A stretch of DNA of 64,000 bases, from positions 19,968,857 through 20,032,856 of the forward strand of contig OZ316893.1 in assembly GCA_973895155.1 (NCBI GenBank). Direction: 5' to 3'. Below are positions 51,468 to 64,000 of this stretch, one piece after another (position 1 is the stretch's first letter; each line of letters starts with the position of its first letter). Under the pieces are notes generated by a model. It did not search any database, was not told where the DNA came from, and saw only the letters and a list, made by a program, of their open reading frames with translations. This DNA is from Marsupella aquatica (Eukaryota; Plantae; Marchantiophyta). The translations under genes and the position numbers were made by a program.

Positions 51468-51488
51468 TTTAGGGTTTAGGGTTTAGGG
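51468..51488 (+). repeat. Interstitial (TTTAGGG)3 telomere-type motif
   Basis: tttagggtttagggtttaggg; shorter versions at ~1681, ~19518, ~52598. Confidence 0.7.
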
Positions 51489-51719
51489 TCACAAAAGACC
51501 AAAAACTTACTATAGACAGATAATTGCTAAGTGCATCAAACCTTGGCACTTTGCAATAATGAACCTAATTTTGTATTTACTGCATTCACCTTCAAAATTT
51601 GCACTCCTCAAGACTTTCAAACTCTGTCTCAAGTTCCAAAAACCTGCCACACTTTGATGTGGTGGGGGGTGTATTGAATCTGTTTACTTGAAAAACAATA
51701 TTGGCTATCTCTAGCCATT

Positions 51720-53116
51720 GAGGGATATGCTTAATAGACCCCAACCTGGAGATAGTTTGCTTGATCAGCCCCCTGGAAACATTTTTGCCCCAAGCGGCCC
51801 CCTCTTTATGATCCTTTCCCTTTGTTCTTCTATAAGTTATTATAAAGTGAGTTTCTGCCTTACAAAGACCAAATTGGGTCACTCATCACTGTAGCCATTT
51901 CAACCACGAACCATGCTCAGAATTACAGTGATCGAGCGTTGTCAAGCCGCAACCATTCTCGGGCCGCAACCTGAACTGTAGGCGTTGAACGTTTGTGCTG
52001 CTTATACATCGACATTAGGGTTATTCTCATGCGAAGACATTGACATGAATAACTTCGCTTTATAAACATCATTCCGTATTTTTTTGATATCCTCCCATTC
52101 TGTTTTTCTTGTCCACGCTCGAACAGTGACGACTTCTCAACGGCTTTTCACGAGGGGCATGGTTCACATGTACAACTGAAGTGAGGTTTAAGGAATGGGA
52201 GGATATCAAAAACCCTAAATACCCCTTCATATGGACAGTTTCTATAATTTAATTGGTAATGCCCGATCATGATTCAGTCATGGTTGATATGAATGCACTC
52301 AGAAAAAACCAGGGCTATAAAGTAGTAAGACAATCACATATATGAAAGGGAAACAACCCAAGAGTAAATAATAACCTGCAGGTCTTACATTACAAAACCA
52401 GCCAATGAAATGTTAATAGGGGACCAGTATCTATCACTAATTGCAAATTGAATTTAGGTGAGAAGACAATGCTAAGTGTGGTGGGAAGATAATGTCCACA
52501 ATGTCTTCCCAAACAGTGCATTCATACCAACCATGACTGAATCATGATCGGACATTACCAATTAAATTATAGATCGAAACTCTCCATATGAAGGGGTATT
52601 TAGGGTTTAGGGCATTTTTTTGACATCCTCCCATGATTCCTTAAACCTCACTTCGATCAGTTGTACATGTGAACCATGCGCCTCGTGAAAAGCTGTTAAG
52701 AAGTTGTCACCGTTTGAGCGTGGATAAGAAAAACAGAATGGGAGGATATCAAAAAAATACGGAATGATGTTTATAAAGCGAAGGTATTCATGTCAATGTC
52801 TTTGCATGAGAATAACCTTAATGTCAATGTATAAGCGGCGCAAACATTCAACGCCTACGGTTCAGTTTGCGGCCCGGGAACGGTTGCGGCTTGACAACGC
52901 TCGGTCACTGTGATTCTGAGCATGGTTCGTGGTTGAAATGGCTATAGTGACAAGTGACCCAATTTGGTCTTTGTAAGACAGAAACTCACTTTATAAGAAC
53001 TTTTAGAAGAACAAAAGGTACGGATCATAAAGAGGGGGTCGATTGGGGCAAAAATGTTTCTAGGGGGCTGATCAAGCAAACTATCTCCAGGAGGGGGTCT
53101 ATTGAGTATATCCCTC
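51720..53116. mobile_element. Non-autonomous Mutator-like (MULE/foldback) element, ~580-600 bp TIRs, 9 bp TSD
   Basis: TSD CTAGCCATT at 51711-51719 and 53117-53125. Ends GAGGGATATGCTTAATAGACCCC and GGGGTCTATTGAGTATATCCCTC. Arms 51720-52299 and 52516-53116 are reverse complements around a ~215 bp non-coding core. Confidence 0.92.
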
Positions 53117-53359
53117 CTAGCCATTAGATCTAATTGATTAAAGCATTCATTAGATCATTGGCTAATAAAGAAGAGAAAAAGGTGGATTTTGGATTTCTTA
53201 TATTGACGAATTAGATTAGATGTTGATAAGTATCGCTAACTATGTGACTTTAAACTAACAGTACTTTTTTAAGTTACTTAGTCATAACTTATTACGGGTC
53301 CAGTTAGAGACTTCTGTAAATCTGAAAATTCTGTCAAAATTCCACGTCACCTTGTAAAT

Positions 53360-53620
53360 ATCCAGCCATTAGATGGTTTGAATCCAACCATCTACATCCA
53401 TTTTGTGTGTGAAGACTCGTGTGAAGGCTCGTGTGGCCTCTCAACTGAAAATGAGCTTTCCTACTATTAGATGTTATGAATCCAACCATCCAGATTCATT
53501 TTGTGTGTGAATACTCGTGTGGTCTCTTAGCTCAAAAAGAACTTTTACACCATTAGATGTTTTGAATCCAATGATCTATGTTGCTTTTGTGTATGAAACC
53601 TCGTGTGAAGAGTAATGTCA
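53360..53620. repeat. ~95 bp tandem repeat, 3 units
   Basis: cattagatg....gaatccaaccatc...ttttgtgtgtgaa.actcgtgtg three times. Confidence 0.8.
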
Positions 53621-54084
53621 CTTCTCGACACAAACAACTCTATTAAACTAAACCTATCCATGCTTGGATGTTGACATAACTAGATTATGACGTTTATGGT
53701 GCCTAAGGAATAAGAAGAACTTGGGGAGTAGGTCGGCTTTGAAAAAAATCAATATTTGAGAAATCTCCAGCTTGGGTATTAGGTATATTTTAAAAGGCAA
53801 TTTAATTGCAATAAAATAAACTAAATAAAGCTTTGTAAGCAACATATAAAGCATTCTCTCAACCTCTTGACGCCATACAAGTAAAATGGGAAAGAATATT
53901 AGAAATATAAATAGGGGTGAAAAATCATGAGGAAGGCGGGGTGAATATGTGAGGGTTTGGTCATGGGAAACTTACATTGAAGTTTAATGCAAGGATTATT
54001 ACAATGTTAACATGTGGAAGGGTCTAGCTATGAAAATATTGTTTTGAAGTGGTATTGAATGTTAGATTTTTGGGATGTAAATTC

Positions 54085-54980
54085 TAGAGTATTATAACCT
54101 TGTTTTTAAGTTACAACTTCAGTTGACAAACAATACTCAAACCCTTGAATATATGTGTACCAATTGCTTTAACTTATGACCTTATTGATTTTGAAGTTAC
54201 AAATGGGATCAAACATTATAAAGACCCTTGTAGATGTGTGTACCAAAATGCCTTGACTTGTAACGTTCCCGGATAACCTAATTTTGATTTTGAAGTTACA
54301 CCTAGGGTCAAGCAGTACACTAATCCTTGTAGATGTGTGTACCATAATGTCTTAACTTGTAGTTACCTTATATTCATTTTATAAGTTACAACTGGGGTCA
54401 AACAGTACACTGACCCTTGTAGATGTGTGTACCAGAATGCCTTAACTTGTAACTTTATATTGATTTTGAAGTTACAAATGGGGTCAAACAATACACCGAC
54501 CCTTGCGGATGTGTGTATCAGAATGCCTTAACTTGTAACCTTCTATTGATTTTATAAGTTATAGTTGGGGTCAAACAGTACACCGACCCTTGCAGATATG
54601 TATACCATGATGCGTTAACTTGTAACTTTATATTGATTTTGAAGTTACAAATGGGGTCAAACAATACACCGACCCTTGCGGATGTGTGTATCAGAATGCC
54701 TTAACTTGTAACCTTCTATTGATTTTATAAGTTATAGTTGGGGTCAAACAGTACACCGACCCTTGCAGATATGTATACCATGATGCGTTAACTTGTAACT
54801 TTATATTGATTTTGAAGTTACAACTGGGGTCAAACAATACACTGACCCTTGCGGATGTGTGTACCAGAATGCCTTAACTTGTAACCTTATATTGATTTTG
54901 AAGTTACAATTATCATTAGGGTAGAACATTACACCAACCTTTGCATATGTGTGTACTATAGTTTATTGCCTTAACTTGAA
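54085..54980. repeat. 86/87 bp satellite, ~10 units
   Basis: aacttgtaac starts at 54444, 54530, 54617, 54703, 54790, 54876, with more degenerate units on both flanks. Confidence 0.95.
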
Positions 54981-57900
54981 TAATATGATATGGACCTTAT
55001 AATTATAGTACCCGATTGATAATAAACTTAAGTGAATAATTTTAGGTACAAAGAGCTAACTTCTCCATTTTTGGAATCCAACAAAGGGCAAATTTCACTT
55101 TCTTAATATGTAATGCTCTGATAAGATAACCATAACAATATGAAACAAGATTACAAAAGACTCATCTATCTACCAAGAGCATTGCTTTCTACAAATAAAT
55201 TGCAAATTACAATTACTTATAGTTTTGTTAAGATTGCATAAATCTATTGTGTTGATTCAAATAAAAGCTCTAAGGGTTGTGGCAAATAATTAATATACTA
55301 ATATTTACACATCCATATATGATAATGCTACAAATTTTTAGCTAATCTGATAATTTATTTGAAAATAAACACTATTATGATAGATATTACATAAGTAAAA
55401 ATTAGATTTTAAAGTATAGATAGATTCCATGCTTGATTTAGCTTTATGAGTTAACAACTTTAGCAATCACATTTATTCAACGAGGAACAAAGAGAGAAAC
55501 AAACCTCTATTTCAAGCCTTAGATGATAGCTTGGGGTTGTTTCTTAGTGATGCCAAAATTTGTCTACAAACTCACACAAAATTGCTCATGTCAATTGAAT
55601 GGACAAAATATCAAGTCACTTCACAAATAACAAATAAACACAAATTCTAGTCATAAAAAACATGCACTGATATAAACATTTACCTTGATGGTCGTCACCA
55701 TGAGAAATCTTAAAAAAATATCTTGTATGCCACTTGAGTGTAGCTCTCCTAGGCCTTATTCAAACATATTCCTTGAATACACACCAAAAAAATCATAACT
55801 ATAATGTCAAAACTCACTTGCACATTCAAGACTAATCAACTATTCTCAAAAAATTAAACTATTCTATTATTATAAAATCTCTACAAAAATAAGGCTATGA
55901 CTTTCTATTGATTAATAAAACATACATTTAAAATACAGAAATGAAGTTAGTATGTTTCTTCTCTCTTGAAGGTGCCTGTATATAAAGTTACTCTCTTCCC
56001 AACATGATCATTATGATTCTACACTTATGGGTTTTTTCTTTGTTTCCATTTGTCATTAAAATTGATGAGAATTTTGTTTTTGTCATTACTAAACAAATCA
56101 TGATGAATAAATTACACTTTCCAAACAAAAAGTATACTTGTCTCCCCACAAAACAATTAAAAAACTAATGCTATAAATAGTTTTTGAGTTTATGAATTTG
56201 TTTGTTAGTGATGTCAACTTTTATTATGAAAACTTCAAATAATTTTAAAAACATTACATAATTTTATAGACAAGTCCAATGCATAATTATCCATTGCACC
56301 AAAACATTGCAAGACAATGAAGTGCAGGTGATTGCCTAGCTCCTTGCCTCCAAGATAGTTTGTTGCTCACCATTGTGATGAAGAATTTGTCACTCGAACA
56401 AGCTAGGTGATTGCTACAGTGAGGAGTTGCAATGTGAATTACATAGAGAGATGAAATGAACATGAGAGAGGTGGAGACAAACAAAGGATGACAACATTAA
56501 GTAGCACGCTAAAAGCTCCTTCCAAATTCTTGGCACTGTATTTGGACACATCATAGAGTTTTGGCAGACTTGATAACCAGGAAAGACCAAAAAAGAGAAT
56601 TAGTAAAACAAAAAAATACAATATTATCAATGTGTTAAAAAAATTGAGTTGGACCCACATACTAGTTCGTTTTGGTTTTTCATGATGTTGTCTCTGTGTC
56701 TAGGGGTGGTCAACATCTTGAGATGCACCTAAAGAGATTTTTTATCATAATTTGGTCATCTCAAATCCGTTCGTTGTGCTGCAATTCTCAACATTGCCTC
56801 CTAGATTGGGGACCTACTCAACCCGCTACTCACTAAAACAATGTGAATAAAAATGAATGCCCCATTCAAACCAATAAGATGAAAGAGATTGAAGGGAAAC
56901 AAAAAAGACAAAAGGATTAGGATTGGGGGACAAGAGAAAAAAATGGGGGAGGGAGGGGTGAGCAAGGAGGGGAAAGAAATTCGGGTTTCCAGAGTTTCCA
57001 TTTACAGCTTTAGTCACTGACAAATTAGCTCCTACTTTTGTTAATCTTTAGTTTAGGGTTAACCACTAATTATTGAAATTTGGTATATGTGTTTATTGAC
57101 TGGATATATAGATTGAAGTCTTGTAGTGAGTCAATGTGGTAGGGTTTTCTTTGCATGAATTGCGTTAGTAGAATTTAAAGAACTAATGGGGACAGGCAGT
57201 ACAGAATATGAAGATGAGAATGATTCATTTACTCTTAGTGTGTCACTCTTGAAATAGTGAACCTCTACCAAATTGGACTTGTGTATTTAAATATATTCCC
57301 AAGTAAATGGGTCAATGACTGATAATGTTGCAAATGGGGAAACATATTAATTCTGGGAACTTGGTGTAAAATATTTTTTAATTATTTTTTTGAAAAATTT
57401 GTGAAACCCCACAGAAAGGGAAAAGTCAACCACAATAGTTGAACCCAAGACCTATAAGTCTCTATTCAAGTGAGCTAACACAAAGTCATACCTATCTGGG
57501 AAATTATTATTAATTTTGGGAACTTAATTCTTGAATCCCCCTTCTAGACAGGGTGGGCTGGCTGAAAACCAATCTATTTGAAGAGATGTATGTTAGAAAA
57601 AAAATCTTCTCTTACACTTGTGATGGGACAATCAATTTATCACAAAGCTCAATTCAAACGCAGAGGAGTCCTTCAAATCACTTTGGGCTCTATTAAAGTG
57701 GGTATTTTATTCAAACAAAAATTACTTTTGCAAAGTGGAATGCAAACAGAAAATGAAAAACTATAAAACAAGGTTATGCCATTTTATAGGTGGTTGTGTT
57801 TCAAATTTGGAAGGGCATTTTGGGTGAAAATAATGAAACTGAAACAAATGGAAGGAATAACCAAAAAGAAAATTATATTTAGTGTGAATGAATGAAAGTG

Positions 57901-58254
57901 AAAGAGTGAATGCACGGTTTTTCAAAGCAAGAAGAAAAAGGGAACACTACTGTTCAAGGATCACGTCTTCCCAATACCATCCATGCAGAGGAAGTGCTAC
58001 ACATTCCATAAGGTATTGCATGACTCTCGTATGGACTAAAAGGAGGAGTTTAATTGCAGGTAGTACATAGTCAATAAGGTATTGCAATGTGTAATCAATC
58101 AGAGAAAGAAGAGACCAAAAAAATAGTTTTTAAAATGGGGAAACAGGGGGGCGTGGACGGGTTAAGGTTTAAAAGGAATAAAGAAAGAAAATGCCATTCT
58201 CAGTTTGTGTGATGCACGGGGATAGAACTCGTAGGTATATATGAACTGCAAAAT

Positions 58255-58495
58255 CTTCAAAATTTGTAGCCCATGGCCACGAACAGTGTACCTAGATGTC
58301 ATTATTTTAACTTCAAAACAGTGTATGCACGACCCATGCATGGGTTCGTACCAAAGAAGTTTATCTAAGATCTCCTATTTTTACTTTAAAACCGTGTATG
58401 CACCATCCATGCATAGGTTCGTATCAAAGCAGTTTATCTAGATCTCATATTTTTACTTTAAAACAGTGTATGCACCATAGATGCATGGGTTTTAC
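58255..58495. repeat. ~70 bp tandem repeat, 3-4 units
   Basis: ttttactttaaaac.gtgtatgcac...atgcatgggtt repeated. Confidence 0.8.
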
Positions 58496-59799
58496 AAGTG
58501 TTTAGGAGATTACTAAAAAATGTCATTTAAACTTCTCCCTAACACTACTTTAAGTTTTGTCCCTTATTTATTTATTGCGCTAAAGTGATCTTCCCTACCC
58601 TAAAGAGTCACATATGACAAAGTAATTGGAGTCCCCCATTTAAATGATAGCTTTCTAAATTTAATGCACTGTTTTTATTTTCCCTTTGGTGGTCTAGCAC
58701 CCTTTTTCCCTTCCCTTTATTGTGTTTCTTCGCCTTTGGAACCATGTCTCCAGGTTTTCCCACTTTGACGTTTTTTTCCCTGTCGCTTTTAATTATATAT
58801 TATGTACAATTGTGAAAGCTTTTTCTAAGTCAAAATTCATCCTCCATCCAAAATGATAGCTTCCTGCCCCTTGTTCTTGAGATATTTGGGTGTCTCCATC
58901 ATCAGTTCGACGGGCTTCTTTGCCAAACTGCTCGGGATGTTCACGGCCGGATGGGTCCCACCGCGCCCCTGCTATCTGTTTTGAGCACGCACTTTCGCCA
59001 ACGCATTTCAGTCACCTTACAACGTGCTCAAGCTCGGGCCGTCTATCGTCGATCTCTGAGAGTGGGTGCTAGTGTGACTCCGCAGCGGCTAGCCCCCCTA
59101 GAGGACATTCCTGTCCCACTTGCCGATCTAGTTTCGACACTTGATGTAGACCACTAGCTTGTTGCCACATTTGCTAGGTATGATGTGGAACTCGGTCCAT
59201 TTGGGATAGTTTTAGTTACTCTTTCTTGGTTTTTAGGGGTTTTCTTTTGCTCACTTCTTTTAGTTCCTCTTTTTTGGTTTTTAGAGTTTCCTTTTGCTCA
59301 CTTTTTTTGTGTTTGATTTTGTCCACTTGGGAACTCTCTTGTTTATTCTTTTGTACTCTATTTGACCTTTTTCTGTAAAAAAGTATGTATATATAAAAAA
59401 AATTAAAAAAATCCAAGGATGAGGTTCTCTTGTTGGGACATTAAAATTGGGAAAAAAATGTTCGATGCACTGACAAGAGGATGCTCGTGCTTCTGTCCAT
59501 CCAGGTACGTAGAACATACGAGAGCATTACAAAATTGAAGGGGCATTATTCCATCGAGTACTTTCCATACCGAGAAACTCCAATTGTCCTCGAGATCTCC
59601 ACCTTTCCCCAACTGGATCCAAGGCACGCGCGAGTTGCATGATACTGCCAGACCAGAACCTCTTCCCCAGACGACAACACGCTCATGATCATTCGAGACA
59701 CTAACTTGGCGTGCAGCAGCTTCCCTGCTGATGGGTCACACCGTTCGAATCTCTGCTGAATTGGGTTGCCTTCTTTTTTCCCCTCTATCCAAATTCCGC

Positions 59800-59998
59800 G
59801 AGAGAGATTCTGGATGTGTGTTCCACTTTACATGCTTGAAGAATTTGAATTCGGACCAAATTTCTGCCGCGTTCCGTTGAGGTTTTTTTTTTTCGATGTA
59901 CAGAGAGGGGCCCGGATGTGTGCTCTGCTCTACATGCTTGAGGAATTTGAATTTATGCTGCGTTGCGTTGTGTATTTTTTCCCTTATGTCCACACTCA

Positions 59999-60035
<37 letters not shown>

Positions 60036-60080
60036 TGGATATGTGTTCTGCTTGACAGCTCGAAGAAATTGAATTTCTGC
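59800..60080. repeat. Three diverged ~105-120 bp repeat units with a (GA)n expansion
   Basis: ggatgtgtg.tc..ct.tacatgcttga.gaatttgaatt at ~59812, ~59914, ~60037. Confidence 0.7.
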
Positions 60081-63000
60081 TGCTGCTGTTGCTGATGATG
60101 ACGAACTTCACCAGGACGCACAGACATATATCCGCCGCCTTCTATGTCAGTCGAAGTCACGCTGGCTGTCGCTCCGAGATGACACTTAGGGTGGACTAGG
60201 GTTCGGACGTCGATTTAGTTACTCACTGCGCAGTGCAGGAGTTGGCAGTGGAATTGTGCCAAATTAATTTGAATTGCTTTGCGTTCTCAACTCCATTTTA
60301 TTCCGATTGACGAGTCGCTGCTGCTTCAGATAGGCTGCAGATGATTCGTGTGCAACCAAATTGCACACCCACGGCAGGTCACACCGGACTTACGGAAACA
60401 CCAACAATAACAACAGGGGAGCTGGGAGCTGGGAGCAGGTTGCAGGTTGGTCTGGAGGTGGTACGTCCTTCTTCTTTTTTGGCTTGAAAAAACCGATTGA
60501 ATAGATACGTCCTTCTTCAGCGTGTGCATTTCTACAGTGATATAGTGGGCATGCCGTGGAGGGGTAGAAGCATGGAAGAATATAAGACTTAAAAAATTAA
60601 GGAAACGAAGAAGACCTCCCCTGATCGAGCGAGGCAGGAAAAATTCTGTGGGAAAAGATATTGGAAAGAGGTCTTGTTTTCGAGAGCTGTGCGAGCGTAC
60701 GTACCGCTAAGTCATTGGAAAGTGGGCCGCCAGGAGCTCACATGAACCCGGCTGCACCGCTTCGCTTTCTGCGAGCAGTTCACAAGGGAATGCCACGGCG
60801 ATCAGGTGAAGGGAGGACTGTAGCTATACAGTGGTAATAGAATTGTCATAGCCCGCCTGTGACGGAAAGGAGTCGGCTAGAATTTTCTTTACAGGAATTC
60901 GGAGCCAGGTCAGTCAGAACGCAAGAACTTGCTTTCAAGGGTTTCGTTTACCCATTTACAGGTTTAACATGCTGAATACCAGTCTTCCAGATGCAATCTA
61001 AACTTGAAACAGGAAAACAAGACCAGTGCCGGAATTGGGGAGCTCGACAACTTACTGGCCGACCACCACTGGTATTGCTTTCCTACTACTGTACCGTAAC
61101 GTACGCAGAACCACAGTCGCGGATACCATGCCCCAATGGAGTGAGCCATTGCGTAGTGAACTATAAAAGGGAAAGTAGTCAATTCCCCGTCAAATTCTCG
61201 TTTTAAACGTGTTTTCAATTCCTTCTGTCTCTAAGGCATTGAATTGGTGCATTGGGTTGTGTGTGCTTTCCCTCTTTCCTGCATTGCTGACATACTTGGG
61301 AACTTTCCACCTGACCTTGCATCAGGCATACTTGGAATCTGCGAGAACCAAGAAGGTTATATTTTCCTTTTCCCTTTTATCTTGAAATATTTCACCCAAT
61401 TGAAATTGACTGCCCTTGCGTGCTGCCAAATAATGTACGAAGGTTATATTTTCTTAAACTTCTTCTCAGGCGAAAGTTACAATCACCCACCCAACTTGAA
61501 TGTACTGATATCGATTTTGTGCCAAGGATTTCTCGATCTCGAGCTAAGTCCCTTTTTGAGCCAGAGCTTAGCATACTGTAGCTGCACCACTTTCTAGGCA
61601 TATACAATCCCTTCATATTCCCGAAACAGCCAGGTTGAGTTCCAGCTTTGGAAGTCTGCAAAAGACCTATGATTCGTCTGCAATCTTGACCACTGTGACG
61701 GTGTTGACTCCCTATTCCGAGTGACCAATCACTGGAAAAATGCGGTAATAGTATGGAAATGTATAACAGGACACCTGGGATATTCGAGTTTCGATAGTGT
61801 ACCCTAGTCATCCAAATTAAGCAAATCCACCCACCAAGCAAAGATGCGGCTCCATGGATCAGGTTAATGTTAATCTGCAACGATTGTTCGAAATGTGTGC
61901 CCAGACGAATATAATTTGCTGCTGACAATGCAAATAAAATGAAGGGCTTGAAGAAAGCTAGCCTCCGACAGAAAGAATTCATCATTGAAGAAGGGTCGCC
62001 GTTAAACTATTTTAGTGCACAAATGTCATTGCTGTTTTCAGCATGCGGAAGCACCACTGTTTCCGGACCTGCTAGCCATGTGCGTGTGGAGGGAATCTAG
62101 AGACTTCCTAGTCGGTCTTGGTGCCATTCCTTTGATCATTGGCTGCAGGCAACGGGCCTGTGGTAGTTCCCCAATGCCCCCAAGACTTTTTTTTGCCTTG
62201 AAAAAACTCATTGAATTACATCAAAACGCCAGTATAGAACATGGGTGGCCCACAGAGGGGTCGGCACCGGGTGCGCCCCCCCCGCCTCTCCCCTCCCCAA
62301 GACTTTTCAAACTATCTCATCGAGCAACAAAATCAAAGAGTAGGACCGCACAGAAGTTTCATCACCAACTCAGAGCTAGCGACTTTTGGAGCTCCAAGTT
62401 CACCATTTCATTCACCATTTCATTATTTGTGCGTCGTACTGAGGGGGACCTCCGAACAACCCCAAATGACAAAACTCCCACGTCATATGAGTTCGCCGGC
62501 AATACCGACGGTTTGCACGGAATTGAGCGTGCGAAGGAAAAGTCGGTCCAGTCACTGTTCATATCTGTGAGGAGAGAAAAATCGCATTCACTTCAATTTC
62601 GGGATCGTGTGATGGGAATCTTTGCCCAAAAGGGGACACTTGTGGTCTTTTCCCAAATTAAAAGAATACCCACAACAAAGGCAAGGGGTTCACTTGAGAT
62701 CCTTTCCCGAATTAAAAGAATACCCACAACCCAGGTTCTAAATGTGTGGCATTAATTCTTAGTAGCTCCTAACCTTCAGATGGATCACGTCAGGCAATAC
62801 TAATATACTTGGCTAGGTTGTGGGTCCATACAGCCCCACAATGAACATTAGTTTCATCCCTGTTGACGTCGGGGAAGGCGAGCTGCTATTGCTCACATGT
62901 GTTTTACGCTTTACCGGTGCTATCACGAACCCGCAAACTGGCGGAAGAACCGGAGGAATTGTCCCACAGTCACGGCACTTCATTCATCCCTGAGCAGCTT

Positions 63001-64000
63001 CAATGTTTGGTGTTGTTATTAGTAAGCACCTGAGGGCTAATCTGCTGATCAGGCCCCGCGTGCCAATCAGCGATCCTCATCCAATGTTTTGCTAACTACA
63101 CGACTTTCGATTTGGCGGCTTCTCGAAGTGGATGCAAACCCAATCATCCTTGCACCAACCGACACACAACTTTTCTTCTCTTTCCCGACCCATTTCCCCC
63201 TCTGTAAACCACCATGCAACAATTGCTCAGTCTTGTTGTGATTAAAATACCATATTCTCGAAGCTTTTCCATCTGTCTTAAACCGTTATGTTCAATAAAT
63301 TTAGAAAACAACATATGAGACAGAATAGTGTACGATTGTCTCTCGGGCTCAATGTACTAGCACCGTAAGCAAGCCCCACCACAGTCAGATCTCTCCCATG
63401 CTGAACTGATGGCCTGAGTCTGGACGACATGCAGTTGGGTCGGCTACGAGTCCAGCAACAAGTCGGTCCCGTGGAGATCCGATCCGGGCTACTAGCTGTC
63501 TTCGCTTCGTTCTCCTGTAGACACGCAGAGATTCCTTCCTTGTTCTCATCATCAGTCTGCCCGACATTATCGTCACGATCCTGACCGGCAGCAAGAAATT
63601 TAATCGGAAATAGTGGTCCGGAGTATCATTCTATGGCCGGAATGAATGATCATGTCGACCGCCAAGCTTCTGATAATCCGATCTAAAGTGTCGACAGTGC
63701 AAAGGACTGCGCGTACCGCAAACGGAAGAAACTTCCTGCTACTGCATGCGCATCCATGATCTCCATCACTGAGTTGTTTTCTGAGCCAAAATTTCCCTCA
63801 CCGGTAGGTAACTACTAACTAAAATCGAATTGTAGTGAAGTTGATCACGGCTCCGTCGGTACAGCAGTTTCGTTGTCGCTCCACAGGGGGGCACTGAACC
63901 CCCGCGAGTTCAGCGATCTCAGTACTAGAACTGCCTGGTGAGTGACCACGTCTTGGAGAGGTAAAAAAACAGCCTCAGCTGTGCCATTCTCGTTAGACCG

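Noticed and set aside
61392-62755. ORFs of 197 aa (minus) and 246 aa (plus)
   Set aside because: No domain motifs, atypical composition, the plus ORF starts at GTG and includes a short tandem duplication; likely chance ORFs.
63885-63940. Hairpin ctgaac...gttcag followed by CTAG as a Helitron 3' end
   Set aside because: Short stem, CTAG is followed by A rather than T, and no matching 5' TC end or second copy was found.

Overview
Nuclear genomic DNA of a land plant, probably a non-seed lineage (GT-AG introns, plant-type tRNA-Phe, TTTAGGG motifs). Host genes I could assemble by hand: tRNA-Phe(GAA), a 4-exon XTH, a 3-exon V-ATPase subunit e (VHA-e), an 11-exon peroxisomal enoyl-CoA hydratase 2 (ECH2), a NYN/C2H2 zinc-finger gene, and an 11-exon MOCS3/UBA4/CNX5 with a probable U12-type intron. 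A recent ~1.2 kb inverted duplication places a second VHA-e copy directly against the open reading frame of CNX5. That copy has an AG>AT splice-acceptor change, a third exon-3-only copy lies in front of it, and an in-frame VHA-e::CNX5 splice is possible. The repeat-rich middle holds an internally deleted Crypton-like tyrosine-recombinase remnant, a Penelope-like (Chlamys/Naiad-type) RT remnant ending at a (GA)n tract, a second inverted repeat pair, and several unclassified structured repeats. A non-autonomous Mutator-like element (~580 bp TIRs, 9 bp TSD) and an 86/87 bp satellite lie at 51.7-55 kb. All calls come from reading the sequence; no database search or alignment program was run, and identities are estimates by eye.
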